IMG/VR virus record: IMGVR_UViG_3300044731_000312
Reading direction: 5' to 3' (one strand)
Source: an uncultured virus (IMG/VR IMGVR_UViG_3300044731_000312)
Lineage: Duplodnaviria; Heunggongvirae; Uroviricota; Caudoviricetes
Length of the DNA: 64,000 nt
The notes under the pieces are model-generated. The model was not told where the DNA came from, searched no databases, and was given only the letters and a program-made list of their open reading frames with translations. A program made the position numbers and the translations under genes. This document shows positions 1 to 9,132 of this stretch, in pieces. How positions within the stretch are numbered: position 1 is the first letter of the stretch; each line of letters opens with the position of its first letter.

Positions 1-518
1 GTCCCCGTAACGCCGCTAGTATCGTTAGTAGTTCTTGCCGCGCCACCCGGGCCCCCACTGCCTATTGTTATTGCATAACTAGATGCCGATAACGTAGCAG
101 CGCGCATAATACGATAAGCATAAGTAGCACCACTACCACCTGCGCCCGCACCCCTAATTGTTGACGCAGCACCACGCCTGCCACTCCCACCACCACCACC
201 AGCACCTACACATAGCACCAAAGCACCCCAGAAATTAGATGCTGTTGGTTTTGTCCATGTGTCGTTGGCTGTGTATTCGCGAATGACTGGGTTAGTTCCA
301 CCACCACCCGTAGCTGTTAGGTCAGTCTCGGTTCCCGCATCGTTTTTGAAATATAGCTTGCCATCAGTCTTTGCGTAAACGATGCCATAGCCAGAAGACG
401 GCGTAGCTGGTGAACTGCCTTGCTCTGATAAGACAGCCGATGCGCCCGCAATCAAGCTATCACTATTCGTTAGCTCTGCGAGTGCTGCCGGTGTTGTTAT
501 GGGTCTCTTATCTGCCAT
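1..518 (-). CDS. Glycine-rich fibre protein, 5' part (runs off the window)
   Basis: Near-identical to the 5' part of 32387..33514; ATG at 518 overlaps the upstream TAA. Confidence 0.85.
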   Translation of the reverse strand, partial: MADKRPITTPAALAELTNSDSLIAGASAVLSEQGSSPATPSSGYGIVYAKTDGKLYFKNDAGTETDLTATGGGGTNPVIREYTANDTWTKPTASNFWGALVLCVGAGGGGGSGRRGAASTIRGAGAGGSGATYAYRIMRAATLSASSYAITIGSGGPGGAARTTNDTSGVTG

Positions 519-724
519 TAGTTGAGCTGTGTTTCCGTGCCTGCATCGTTCTTGAAATACAGATTACCGTCCGTTTTTACATATAACAAAGCCAGTCCCG
601 ACGACGGTGTGCTGGGACTGCTGCCCTGTTCTACTAACACCATAGACGCACCAAATAGCAAACTGTCAGAGCTTGAAAACTCCGACAGATTGCCGCTAGT
701 TGTTATTGGTCGTAGGTTAGCCAT
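518..724 (-). CDS. 68-aa virion protein, stand-alone copy of the fibre N-terminal domain
   Basis: Similar to the N-terminus of the Gly-rich protein (RPITT...EQGSSP...KTDG.LYFKNDAGTET). Confidence 0.8.
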   Translation of the reverse strand: MANLRPITTSGNLSEFSSSDSLLFGASMVLVEQGSSPSTPSSGLALLYVKTDGNLYFKNDAGTETQLN

Positions 725-1233
725 TAGGCCAGCGTAATAGGTTGCTGTTCTTCAAAGTTTATTTCGGTTGCAGACAAAGCGATTCCGACTTCCTGCGAAA
801 TATAGCCCGATGTGCTAGGTGCAGTTGAGACAATATCACCTGCGCTTGAACCGCTCAAATAGTAAGGAGCGCCGGGTGTCAAACCTGTGAGCCCTGTGAT
901 TGTACCATCAAGATATACCGTGGCGTTTGCAGGGCTTGTTGTAGATGCAATAACAAAGCCGTGAGCACGGCGTCCATTGCTTGCATCTGCCTTGCGTGCC
1001 TTAACAGTACCGCTATCGTTCCAAAGATTCACAAGATCGCCTGCGCTTAAGTTCTCGCTAGTTGCAGCAACCTTTACAGTTGCACCAATCCCTGATGGCA
1101 ATACTGAATTGTCCAGTTTGCCGCCTCCATCAAGAGCAACAATCTTGCCCGCTTCCGTTGCGCCTGATGATGATACGGTAGCTTCGACTTCTGCGAGCTG
1201 ACCGCTGTTATTTTTGATATACTTTTCTGCCAT
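724..1233 (-). CDS. Putative capsid decoration/fibre-base protein
   Basis: Lies downstream of MCP; G/T/S-rich beta-type sequence (GLTPGAPYYLS); identical protein at 33720..34229. Confidence 0.7.
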   Translation of the reverse strand: MAEKYIKNNSGQLAEVEATVSSSGATEAGKIVALDGGGKLDNSVLPSGIGATVKVAATSENLSAGDLVNLWNDSGTVKARKADASNGRRAHGFVIASTTSPANATVYLDGTITGLTGLTPGAPYYLSGSSAGDIVSTAPSTSGYISQEVGIALSATEINFEEQQPITLA

Positions 1234-1234
1234 G

Positions 1235-1711
1235 TTACACCGTTTGAATGATTGTGTCTATGTCGATGATTAGTGTTGTTGCTGTGATTGCTTTTGCTAC
1301 GTGAACGATTATGCTGCCTCCGGTAGGGGCCGTCTGCGTTAGCGAGCCGTTAGCCCCTAGATAGATAGCTCCCTTTGTCCAGTTCCAAGAAGCATCCGTA
1401 ATCTGCCCGCTTGTTTTGATTGTGATATTCTGCCCCGTGCTCGCCGCCGTCGTACTGATCCCGATTACCACGGCATTCGCAAGCGAGTCTGGCGTAGCAT
1501 ACTTTGCAAGGCCGCTAGAATCCGTTGTAATGCATCGCAAAGCTGACAAGCTAGTAGATGCCACCAGCGTCGTATCAATCGCCGCGGGGACGATTCCGCC
1601 GCTTGCAATGTCAAGCGTAAGATCATAGCTCTGCACGTTGACCGTTGGCTGCGATTGCTTCACATCAACTACTAACGTGTCCTGCTTTATATTGACTACG
1701 CTTAAGCTCAA
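1235..1711 (-). CDS. Putative capsid cement/decoration protein
   Basis: Homolog at 34231..34704 (WNWTKG.YLG.NG.LTQT.P). Confidence 0.7.
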   Translation of the reverse strand: MSLSVVNIKQDTLVVDVKQSQPTVNVQSYDLTLDIASGGIVPAAIDTTLVASTSLSALRCITTDSSGLAKYATPDSLANAVVIGISTTAASTGQNITIKTSGQITDASWNWTKGAIYLGANGSLTQTAPTGGSIIVHVAKAITATTLIIDIDTIIQTV

Positions 1712-2052
1712 GTAGTAACCTCATCTACTACCGTAACATCACCTCGCAAAAGCTCGGTCACAACGCCGCTAATCGTAACTTCTAAATCCCACTTGTATTC
1801 TGTCGTCGTCACAAGGGCCGCCGTCTCTGCGCTCGTAAGCACAATGCTAAACGTGCCTGCTACTGCGCTCACGATTGTGCATGTAAACGTAGCGGCAAGC
1901 GTGCCCGATACTGTACGCACTTGAGCCGCGAACGTATAGCCCGTGATATTCTGAACAGCGCCGTTGACTTTGTAGGTTAGTGTGCGAGCAAAAGCCCCAC
2001 CCTTGCGAATCTGCAAGTCAACTCTTGCGCCTGCGTTGGATAGTGTTATCAT
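1708..2052 (-). CDS. BppU-like Ig-fold virion protein
   Basis: NITGYTF..Q.R / Y.WDLE / LLRG.V.V..EVT pattern; homolog at 34701..35045. Confidence 0.65.
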   Translation of the reverse strand: MITLSNAGARVDLQIRKGGAFARTLTYKVNGAVQNITGYTFAAQVRTVSGTLAATFTCTIVSAVAGTFSIVLTSAETAALVTTTEYKWDLEVTISGVVTELLRGDVTVVDEVTT

Positions 2053-2070
2053 GTGCTTTCAAGTGAGATC

Positions 2071-2096
2071 ACCACGAGGGCCGTAGCCCCCGTAGT
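2071..2096 (-). other. GC-rich hairpin with cUACGg tetraloop after the capsid-operon gene
   Basis: ACTACGGGGGC-TACG-GCCCTCGTGGT; equivalent hairpin at 35066-35089. Confidence 0.75.
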
Positions 2097-2105
2097 CATG
2101 TCACT

Positions 2106-2549
2106 TTAGACGATAAGATTAGCAGCGAGGCCACGTTCGGTAGCATCGTCAGTAGTAGCGTTGCCGTTGTAAAGGAACGCAGTGCAAGCACCGAATGTAC
2201 CTGTCGATCCATCACCGGCAGTAGCAACAACGTCAAGGTAACGCTCACGGCCCTTAAGGTCGATAAAGAAGCCAAATACCTTATTGTCATCGTCTGCTGT
2301 TGGAAGAGCAGCATATCCAGTTGCGCCGTATACAGCACCTGTAATATCAGCGGCTCCGCTCATGCCTGAATCGTCAGACTCTTGAACCTTAAGAGCAGTC
2401 ATAGCGATATCAGTTGCGCCGAGTGCAAAGTAGATAGCTACCTTGTTAAAGCCGAGCGTGTCGATTGTTGTTGTAGCGAACGAGGCGTTATCCTTGATAG
2501 CGGCAGGCGGCGTTACGTTTACAACCTTTACGTTTTGCAAGTTATTCAT
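2106..2549 (-). CDS. Head decoration/minor capsid protein (147 aa)
   Basis: Directly after MCP; highly similar to 35099..35542. Confidence 0.7.
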   Translation of the reverse strand: MNNLQNVKVVNVTPPAAIKDNASFATTTIDTLGFNKVAIYFALGATDIAMTALKVQESDDSGMSGAADITGAVYGATGYAALPTADDDNKVFGFFIDLKGRERYLDVVATAGDGSTGTFGACTAFLYNGNATTDDATERGLAANLIV

Positions 2550-2558
2550 TTGGTCACC

Positions 2559-4019
2559 TTATGAGTTCTTTGTTACAAGAGCTGCAAGTGCGCCGCGCTG
2601 ACGGCTTGCCGCTGTTGCTGAAGCGTTACCGATATTCCACCAGTTTACGCCGTAGCGAGCTGTGGACTTGTTGTATTGCGTGTCTGTCAGGAAGCCTACT
2701 TCTTGTGAGCTTGTGATTGACAGACCGCGACGATCGCCAAACAAACCAGCTTGAGCAGCATCGCCATAGAACAGTACGAACTGGCTGTTCTCGGCTGTAA
2801 GCAGCGGCGTGTAAAGCTCATCTGTGAAGACAACTTCCGAACCGTTAAAGAACTGACGTGTTACGCCGTCTACGATCTGCGTTGCTGTGTTACCACCTAC
2901 TGCTTGGATCAGAGGTACAATCGTGCCGTACCATACCTGCGAAGGAACGTAGAATCGGTTATTCATTCCGGGGAATGTAGCAACCTTTGCCTGCGTCTTG
3001 ATGATATCAGATAAAGTTACAGATGCAAGTGTTGCGCCGGTTGCAACTTGCACGCCCCCTGCGTATGCCTTGTTGGCATCCGTTGCCCATGCACCGCCGA
3101 TATCAGTAACGAGCTTCTTGAAAGATTCGGTCAAACCTACAAGGCCGTTGTACGTTGATGTACCATCGCCCAAGAAAGCAACCTTGTCTTCTTGTACAGC
3201 GTGAGCGTAGCCGTGATCCTTTGCGATCTCTTCTGCGATTGCTGCGTATGAATCTTCGCCAAGCTCGATCGTGTTCTGCGTAAGAGCACCGAACTTCTTT
3301 GCTGTCAACTGTACGCCGCTGAACTGGACATCTGATGCTGTGTAGCTCTGGCCTTCGCCAAGTGCGTATACAGTCGTGCCGCCTACGTTGCGATTAACGG
3401 TACGTGTTTCGCTGTTCATAGATACTACATCCATGATACCGCGAGCTACGCCGCGCTCTTCGCGGTAGTACAGGATAGCTTGATCCAGTTCGTCAACAAC
3501 AGTCAAACCGCCGAGCGAGTTGCTCGTTGTTGCCATTGTCTTTTGCATTGGTACGCCGTTATCCTTACACCATTGAGCCGAATTAGCATCGCCGAGGTAA
3601 GCAGCGATCTGGCGTCCTGCCTTGTATGCTGCTGCTCCTGCTTCGCTGCCGAACTGCTTGAATGCCTTGCCACGGTAGTGCTGGCCAGTGATCTTTGCGC
3701 CTTCTGCAACGAAACCAGAAGGTACTGGGGCCGCTGTCTTGAGTGCGTTAAGATCTGAAGCGTTCTTTGTCTTCATATCGTTAAGCGTCTTCTTTTGTTG
3801 AATGATTGTCATGATGCGAGCAAGCTTGGCTTGTGCCTTTGCTGCACCCTCTACGGCTGCCGATACCTCTTCAACTTCGGCTGTTTCTTCAGATGCTTCT
3901 GCTAGAAGCGCCGCGATCTGCTCGCGGATTGTTGCTACTTCGGCTGCCATTGCTTCTGGTGTCTCAAACGTACCAGCGAGAACGGCATCCAAAGCTGCGA
4001 GGATTTCTTCCCACGTCAT
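2559..4019 (-). CDS. Major capsid protein, HK97 family, with N-terminal coiled-coil delta domain
   Basis: GG.tV.dE, V.LtAKKfgaL, ED..FLGDG motifs; follows the protease. Confidence 0.9.
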   Translation of the reverse strand: MTWEEILAALDAVLAGTFETPEAMAAEVATIREQIAALLAEASEETAEVEEVSAAVEGAAKAQAKLARIMTIIQQKKTLNDMKTKNASDLNALKTAAPVPSGFVAEGAKITGQHYRGKAFKQFGSEAGAAAYKAGRQIAAYLGDANSAQWCKDNGVPMQKTMATTSNSLGGLTVVDELDQAILYYREERGVARGIMDVVSMNSETRTVNRNVGGTTVYALGEGQSYTASDVQFSGVQLTAKKFGALTQNTIELGEDSYAAIAEEIAKDHGYAHAVQEDKVAFLGDGTSTYNGLVGLTESFKKLVTDIGGAWATDANKAYAGGVQVATGATLASVTLSDIIKTQAKVATFPGMNNRFYVPSQVWYGTIVPLIQAVGGNTATQIVDGVTRQFFNGSEVVFTDELYTPLLTAENSQFVLFYGDAAQAGLFGDRRGLSITSSQEVGFLTDTQYNKSTARYGVNWWNIGNASATAASRQRGALAALVTKNS

Positions 4020-4780
4020 TAGATTATCTCCATTGTGTTTATTGTTTGCATAAGCGATAGGAGTTGCTTGCGCTTTAACTCCTTATCGTCTGCCTTTGGT
4101 ATTGGGTCTGTCTCGGCGTGAAGCTGATACAGATTTTTCGACACGTCTTTCAATTGATCGGCAAGTGAAAGGATCATGCCTCGTATTCGAGAGTTGAGCA
4201 CACGGCCCGCTTTACTACGCATATCCGCGTATGCGAGTGCGTGCTCTTCTGATTGCTTGATAAGCGTAGCCGCTACATCCAGCTTTTCTTCAAGTGTCAT
4301 AGCTTTAACGTTACTTGTCATGGTCATTGGGTTTGCCCCTACCGTAACCGGTGACCATTCGATAATGTTCAGTTTGTTAAGTTCTTTTGTACCATCTGCG
4401 AGCGGCGTTGTCTCTACCTCTTCATATCCAAAGCTGTACTCGTCAACGCTGCCAAACTTGATGTGCTCGTATGCGTCTTTGCCGTCGGTTGTGTTGAGAT
4501 TAAACAGGCCCTTTACGTACAGCGCGCCGTTATCGCGCAGACGCTCTGGCAAACGTGAGTCACCCGCTGGTATCTCTTCTGCTAGCACCGTCTTCCCAAT
4601 CGGTCGCTGCATATCGTGCTGCCATACCATCTTTGGTAGCTTTGCTTCTATGCTTTCCTTGAATGCGCCGTAGATAACACGATCGCCGTATGAATCGACA
4701 TTGCCGAAGACGCTCACAAACGCTTCAACACTGCCCTGCTCATCCGCCTTAAATTCTACTGGTATGTTCTTGTACTTCAT
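4019..4780 (-). CDS. HK97-family prohead protease (likely start MKYKN at 4780)
   Basis: VFGNVDSYGD, WQHD, YSFGY, EWSPV motifs; TAATG overlap with portal. Confidence 0.9.
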   Translation of the reverse strand: MKYKNIPVEFKADEQGSVEAFVSVFGNVDSYGDRVIYGAFKESIEAKLPKMVWQHDMQRPIGKTVLAEEIPAGDSRLPERLRDNGALYVKGLFNLNTTDGKDAYEHIKFGSVDEYSFGYEEVETTPLADGTKELNKLNIIEWSPVTVGANPMTMTSNVKAMTLEEKLDVAATLIKQSEEHALAYADMRSKAGRVLNSRIRGMILSLADQLKDVSKNLYQLHAETDPIPKADDKELKRKQLLSLMQTINTMEII

Positions 4781-6894
4781 TAGTTCCGTTCCTGTACTCG
4801 TGATCGGCGAACTGGACGCAAGGTACAGCGGCAATTAATCGCTTCTTGTGGCTCCCCTAGTCCGGGGCCTTCGCCTGCTCCAGATACGAACTGGTCAAAC
4901 GTCTCGCCCTCTTCAATCCATTCGCCGTCTAAATCTTTGTGCGTCTTGCGTACGTCAGAATCACGCTGGGATAGCCATACTTGCACTACCTTACGCTTTG
5001 GATCAGTTTCCCGCTGGTTAACGCGCTTGACGGTCTGACGCTGCACTACCGTTGCCTGCGCTTTGCACGTAGTAACGGCGATCATCTTTGCGCGTGACGT
5101 CTGCATCTCGCTAAACTTTTCTAGCAGGGACTTTTGCACTTCCGCTACTGGCTTGCCTGCGTTAGCTTCTAGAACCTTCGCTACGTCCTTTTTAGCCGTG
5201 TTCAAAGACTCTTTCATGTTCTCGGTAGACTTGCGGATTTGCTCATCACGGATTTGATCTGTCAAGCTCTGCACTTGCGTAAGATCACCGCCTACGCTCT
5301 CAAGCGTCATCTCGATGATTTGCGTACGCAATGCCTCTTGCGTAGCTTCATTGGCTGCTATAAACTGCCTAACCAAATCGGCTATGTTGATTGCATCCTG
5401 CGGGGCTTTTACCATTTTGTTGACGCCAACAAAACGATCGGCTTTTACCTGCTTCATCACGGCACGTTCAACGCGCTTCATTACTTCCGCAACATCCGCC
5501 TGCGTAGCTTCCGCAGCTTTGAGGATAACATCCTCCTGCTTCTGCCAGTACTTTACCGCCTCCGGCTCGTGCCACTTTACCTTGCGGCCCTCTATGCTTT
5601 CGATTGGGTCAGCGTTGGTTTCTACCGATTGCTTTGCCTCTGGCTCTGGAGCAGTAAACGCACCGAAGCCGCCATGTGGTTGCTGCTCGTATGCGAATAC
5701 ATCGCCGTTCTCGACATCTTCGTATTTGAGCGTTGCGCGTGCTTCGTTCAACGTGATAATGTTTGCCGTAAACTGCTGCAATGCCTGCGCTTCTACCGTT
5801 GCCGCGTCTGGTTGTAGTGCCTGCACCTCTGAAGTGTCAAAAGCAAGCTGAACGTCTGGGAATTCCTTACGGAGTCCAGATTCAAGTTGCTCTTCTAGCG
5901 CATTCCAGAATGGCACGCGCGTTAAAGTAGTATATTCTTGGTAGGCACTAGCTAGGTTGTTGTATGTGCTACGTGCAAGGCCTGCGCTTGTCAATACAAC
6001 GGCTGGATGGATGCGGAATGCGCCGCAAATAGCCGTCTCAAGTTCCTGCGTTGTCTCAATCGCTTGCAGCTTCTGTGCATCTAGTCCCATTTGTTGGTAA
6101 CTCATGCCGTTGCCTAGCACGATCGCATCTGTACGGTCTTTGCCGTTGGCATCCTTGCGTTTACGCAATTGCGCCCGCAAAGATTCGACCTGCGAAATAG
6201 GAACATCGCCCGGAGCTGACAAGATACCGCTAGGGATAGCATTTGAAGCTACAAGCGAATAGATCGTAGCTTGCAGCTCGTTGTAGGTGTTGATCTTGTC
6301 CCATGCCACGCTGATAGGGCTAACGCCCTTGTGCATATTGACCGGATCGCGGTACGCTGGATTCTGGATGTGGATAACATCATCCGCGGGCCAGTCCTGC
6401 GTTATGTTACCAGACTGGTAGCGGTAAGCGTAGACCCATCCCAAATCGTTAAGCAGCGGCGCAACGTGAGCATCCGAGTATGGGTATAGCTCAACGATGT
6501 TACCCATTGCCGAGCGTACCTTGACGATGTAAGCATTGCCGCCAATAGCTAGGTATGTCCACACGATCTGCCAGAATTCAGCTTGGCCCATACGAGGATT
6601 GGGCTTGCGGAACAGCAGACTGACGGGATGGTTTCTGTTGATCGTACCATCGTCGTACATCGCAGCCAAAGGCGGCTCATTGAGCGTAGATGCGTAAACA
6701 CCAACGCAAGCCGCTACGACTGGGTTGCGATTAAATCCGTGTTCTACGTTGGCAAGGTAACCAGCTTTTGAGGGATAGCCAATTCGCCCACCGACTTGCG
6801 TGCCGTTTGGGCTTGGTAGTGCTTGATTGTTACGACCAAAGAGCTTTCTATTATTAACACCAAAAAGCGACTGGAAGTAATCAGCTATTAACAC
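4780..6894 (-). CDS. HK97-family portal fused to C-terminal MuF (SPP1 gp7-like) domain
   Basis: V.ACV, PNP.M, GNAYI, G.SPI portal motifs; C-terminal W....D..VR..H...DG...INCRC. Confidence 0.9.
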   Translation of the reverse strand: MLIADYFQSLFGVNNRKLFGRNNQALPSPNGTQVGGRIGYPSKAGYLANVEHGFNRNPVVAACVGVYASTLNEPPLAAMYDDGTINRNHPVSLLFRKPNPRMGQAEFWQIVWTYLAIGGNAYIVKVRSAMGNIVELYPYSDAHVAPLLNDLGWVYAYRYQSGNITQDWPADDVIHIQNPAYRDPVNMHKGVSPISVAWDKINTYNELQATIYSLVASNAIPSGILSAPGDVPISQVESLRAQLRKRKDANGKDRTDAIVLGNGMSYQQMGLDAQKLQAIETTQELETAICGAFRIHPAVVLTSAGLARSTYNNLASAYQEYTTLTRVPFWNALEEQLESGLRKEFPDVQLAFDTSEVQALQPDAATVEAQALQQFTANIITLNEARATLKYEDVENGDVFAYEQQPHGGFGAFTAPEPEAKQSVETNADPIESIEGRKVKWHEPEAVKYWQKQEDVILKAAEATQADVAEVMKRVERAVMKQVKADRFVGVNKMVKAPQDAINIADLVRQFIAANEATQEALRTQIIEMTLESVGGDLTQVQSLTDQIRDEQIRKSTENMKESLNTAKKDVAKVLEANAGKPVAEVQKSLLEKFSEMQTSRAKMIAVTTCKAQATVVQRQTVKRVNQRETDPKRKVVQVWLSQRDSDVRKTHKDLDGEWIEEGETFDQFVSGAGEGPGLGEPQEAINCRCTLRPVRRSRVQERN

Positions 6895-8054
6895 TATATC
6901 TCGTAAACGTAAGTGTTTGATTCGTGTCCGTTTACAGCGTAGATGAGAGCGTCAACCATATCGTCGGGCTTCCCATCTTTGCCGTCGAACATAAGCAGTT
7001 GCTCTGTAAATTCCAAAGGTACGTTATTAACGTGCTTAATATAGCCGTGCTCATACTTGCCCGCAATGGGTAGAAAGCGGGTCAGCTTGTTGCGTCCACG
7101 TGGATTGACACCCTGAATGTTAAGCATCGTCTCGGCTCGTAGTTGTTGCACCATTACCTCTTGATACGCCACGTTCTCAACGCATACCCTGACCGCATTC
7201 CAGTTATAGGCAGTCTGCTTGATCTTGTCTTTGGTCTCGTTAAAGCTCCACTTGCCAAACACCACATCAGCGACGTAATAGGTCGTACCGCGCTTGCCCA
7301 CCACCACAATAGCGCGATCGTCTGCGTTGGATTTCATACCTACCGCCAAATCCACGCCGATTACGTACGTGATGTCATCTTCTGGTAGCAGAGCGTATTG
7401 CAACCATTCCTTACGCATGATGCGCCCCATTGGCCCGATAAATTCCCCTTCCAGCTCCTGCCGCGCAAACTCGCTGGTATACGTTTCCTCTAGCGTCCTG
7501 ACGTATTCAGGCGGTAGGTGTACATTATCCCTTGTCTTTGCCTGCGCTACAAAGTACTCTGGGTTGCCTTCTGTCCACTTACGGTAGAACCGCTCGAATA
7601 CCCAGTTGGTATCACCATTAGGCGATGTTGTAAGCCAGCATGCGGTAGGATCGCGGCGAATACGACCAAGCATAACGTCCCATGTAGCGCCGTCCATATA
7701 GTCAGCTTCATCTAGGTAGAACCAGTTCAGGTTAGGGCCACGTAGTGAGTCGGGCTTGTCTGCTGATCGCCAGAACACGGTAGTACCGTTACGCAGCACC
7801 GTCACGCCTTCGCTCTTGTTATGGCTCTCCACGGCCTGCCCAAACTTCTCGAAGAATGTCAGCAGCGTAGCATCCCGCAGCATGGGATAGGTAGGAGCTA
7901 TGACCGTGCCAAATGTCCCTGACGGCTGCCGTAGTATCTCAAGGCATCCTGCCAGCGTCTTGCCGCTACCGATACCACCCACGAAAAGCCGATGCCGTGC
8001 TCTACTGTTCCAAAAGGCCGTCTGTGCCGGCAATGGTGTTGTTACTTGTATCAT
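6894..8054 (-). CDS. terL: Terminase large subunit
   Basis: Walker A GGIGSGKT, LRG, Walker B YLDEA, GVDLA and DDMVDA nuclease motifs. Confidence 0.92.
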   Translation of the reverse strand: MIQVTTPLPAQTAFWNSRARHRLFVGGIGSGKTLAGCLEILRQPSGTFGTVIAPTYPMLRDATLLTFFEKFGQAVESHNKSEGVTVLRNGTTVFWRSADKPDSLRGPNLNWFYLDEADYMDGATWDVMLGRIRRDPTACWLTTSPNGDTNWVFERFYRKWTEGNPEYFVAQAKTRDNVHLPPEYVRTLEETYTSEFARQELEGEFIGPMGRIMRKEWLQYALLPEDDITYVIGVDLAVGMKSNADDRAIVVVGKRGTTYYVADVVFGKWSFNETKDKIKQTAYNWNAVRVCVENVAYQEVMVQQLRAETMLNIQGVNPRGRNKLTRFLPIAGKYEHGYIKHVNNVPLEFTEQLLMFDGKDGKPDDMVDALIYAVNGHESNTYVYEI

Positions 8055-8439
8055 CTGCTTCTAGTGGTATGGTATTCGGTTTAGGGCCTATTACGATGTT
8101 AAACTCTTGCCGCTCATTTGTTTGATGCATCTTTTGGGACATTCCTAGTCGATGCTCTGCAAGGCGCAGCAATACCGCACCGTTGCGTTTCCTGTTACCG
8201 TTCTGATCTGGTACGCCTATTACGCCTTCTTCCCATAGGGCAGCGTAAAGCTCAATATCGCCGTTTGCCTTTGCCTGCGATATAAGCTCTGCGTAGCGCC
8301 TACGTATCGTTTCACCAGATACTAGGGGCTTGCCGTCTGCATCCTTGCCTAGTGCTCTTGCAATAGCTTCAAAGCCAGCCCCTTTCGTCGCAGCTTCCCA
8401 TATCTTCTCTTCGTCGAGTTCTAACTTTTTACGGCCCAT
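8002..8439 (-). CDS. terS: Terminase small subunit (putative)
   Basis: HTH-like N-terminus, immediately upstream of terL. Confidence 0.7.
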   Translation of the reverse strand: MGRKKLELDEEKIWEAATKGAGFEAIARALGKDADGKPLVSGETIRRRYAELISQAKANGDIELYAALWEEGVIGVPDQNGNRKRNGAVLLRLAEHRLGMSQKMHQTNERQEFNIVIGPKPNTIPLEADDTSNNTIAGTDGLLEQ

Positions 8440-8479
8440 TATGTGGTCTGCATAACTAGTTTGTAAAATTCCACATTAC

Positions 8480-9049
8480 TCACTCTATCTCTTCCACTTG
8501 CACCGTAAAGTTAATATCTAGCAGCGTTTCCATACGTTCCACGTATTCACGGAAGTTAGCATCTGTTTCGATTTGGCTGCGCATGTTACGCAGCGCGTGG
8601 ATAACTGACGAGTGGTGCTTGTTAAATAGCCGCGCTATCAAGGAGTTAGATAGTCGGTACTTCGTAAATAGGAAGTACATGAGCAGATACCGGCATTCTA
8701 CAACCCAATGGAATCGGGATTGCGCTACAAGCTGCTCCCATGTGCAGTTGTAGAGCTTGCAGAATTGGTCGATAAGGTTTAGGATAGCTGGATTTTGCGT
8801 GTTTGGTCTCATTGCTAGTTTTTGTTTGATGATTTTGAGTGCTCTTCTGGTGTCGGTTATGTGTGAAGGGATCATGTGCCTATTGATTGCGATCAGCAAA
8901 TAATCCTGCATAGCGCGCGCGCTTACTTCTGGGAACAGATCGGGCTGGTTAGCAGCCCATGATACGAACCGTGACCGGTGCACATCAAAGTATTTGAGGA
9001 TGGTGTCGGACATTGCGAGCACCTCATTTAGCTTTCTATACCGCCTCAT
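8480..9049 (-). CDS. Protein with DnaA C-terminal (domain IV)-like HTH
   Basis: R.LLMY...LS...IARLFNKHHSSVIHALR resembles the DnaA domain IV IG..F.RDHTTV.HA signature. Confidence 0.75.
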   Translation of the reverse strand: MRRYRKLNEVLAMSDTILKYFDVHRSRFVSWAANQPDLFPEVSARAMQDYLLIAINRHMIPSHITDTRRALKIIKQKLAMRPNTQNPAILNLIDQFCKLYNCTWEQLVAQSRFHWVVECRYLLMYFLFTKYRLSNSLIARLFNKHHSSVIHALRNMRSQIETDANFREYVERMETLLDINFTVQVEEIE

Positions 9050-9132
9050 ATGTACCCTCCGTGTTGTTTTTGAGCTGTTAAGTAATGCTTAATAGTTGTT
9101 TGCAAGCCGTTTCCAGCCCAGTAGGCGCGTTT

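Larger units (their letters stand above)
1..1262. repeat. Copy 1 of near-identical ~1.26-kb fibre/decoration module
   Basis: Aligns without indels to 32997-34258 (offset 32996); the first 99 nt are identical and later differences are mostly synonymous. Confidence 0.95.

Noticed and set aside
1..1262. Repeat pair as a diversity-generating retroelement TR/VR
   Set aside because: No reverse transcriptase; differences are not adenine-specific and are mostly synonymous; both copies are coding.
6369..6377. DnaA box inside A's portal gene
   Set aside because: Coding, opposite orientation to the intergenic boxes, within chance expectation.
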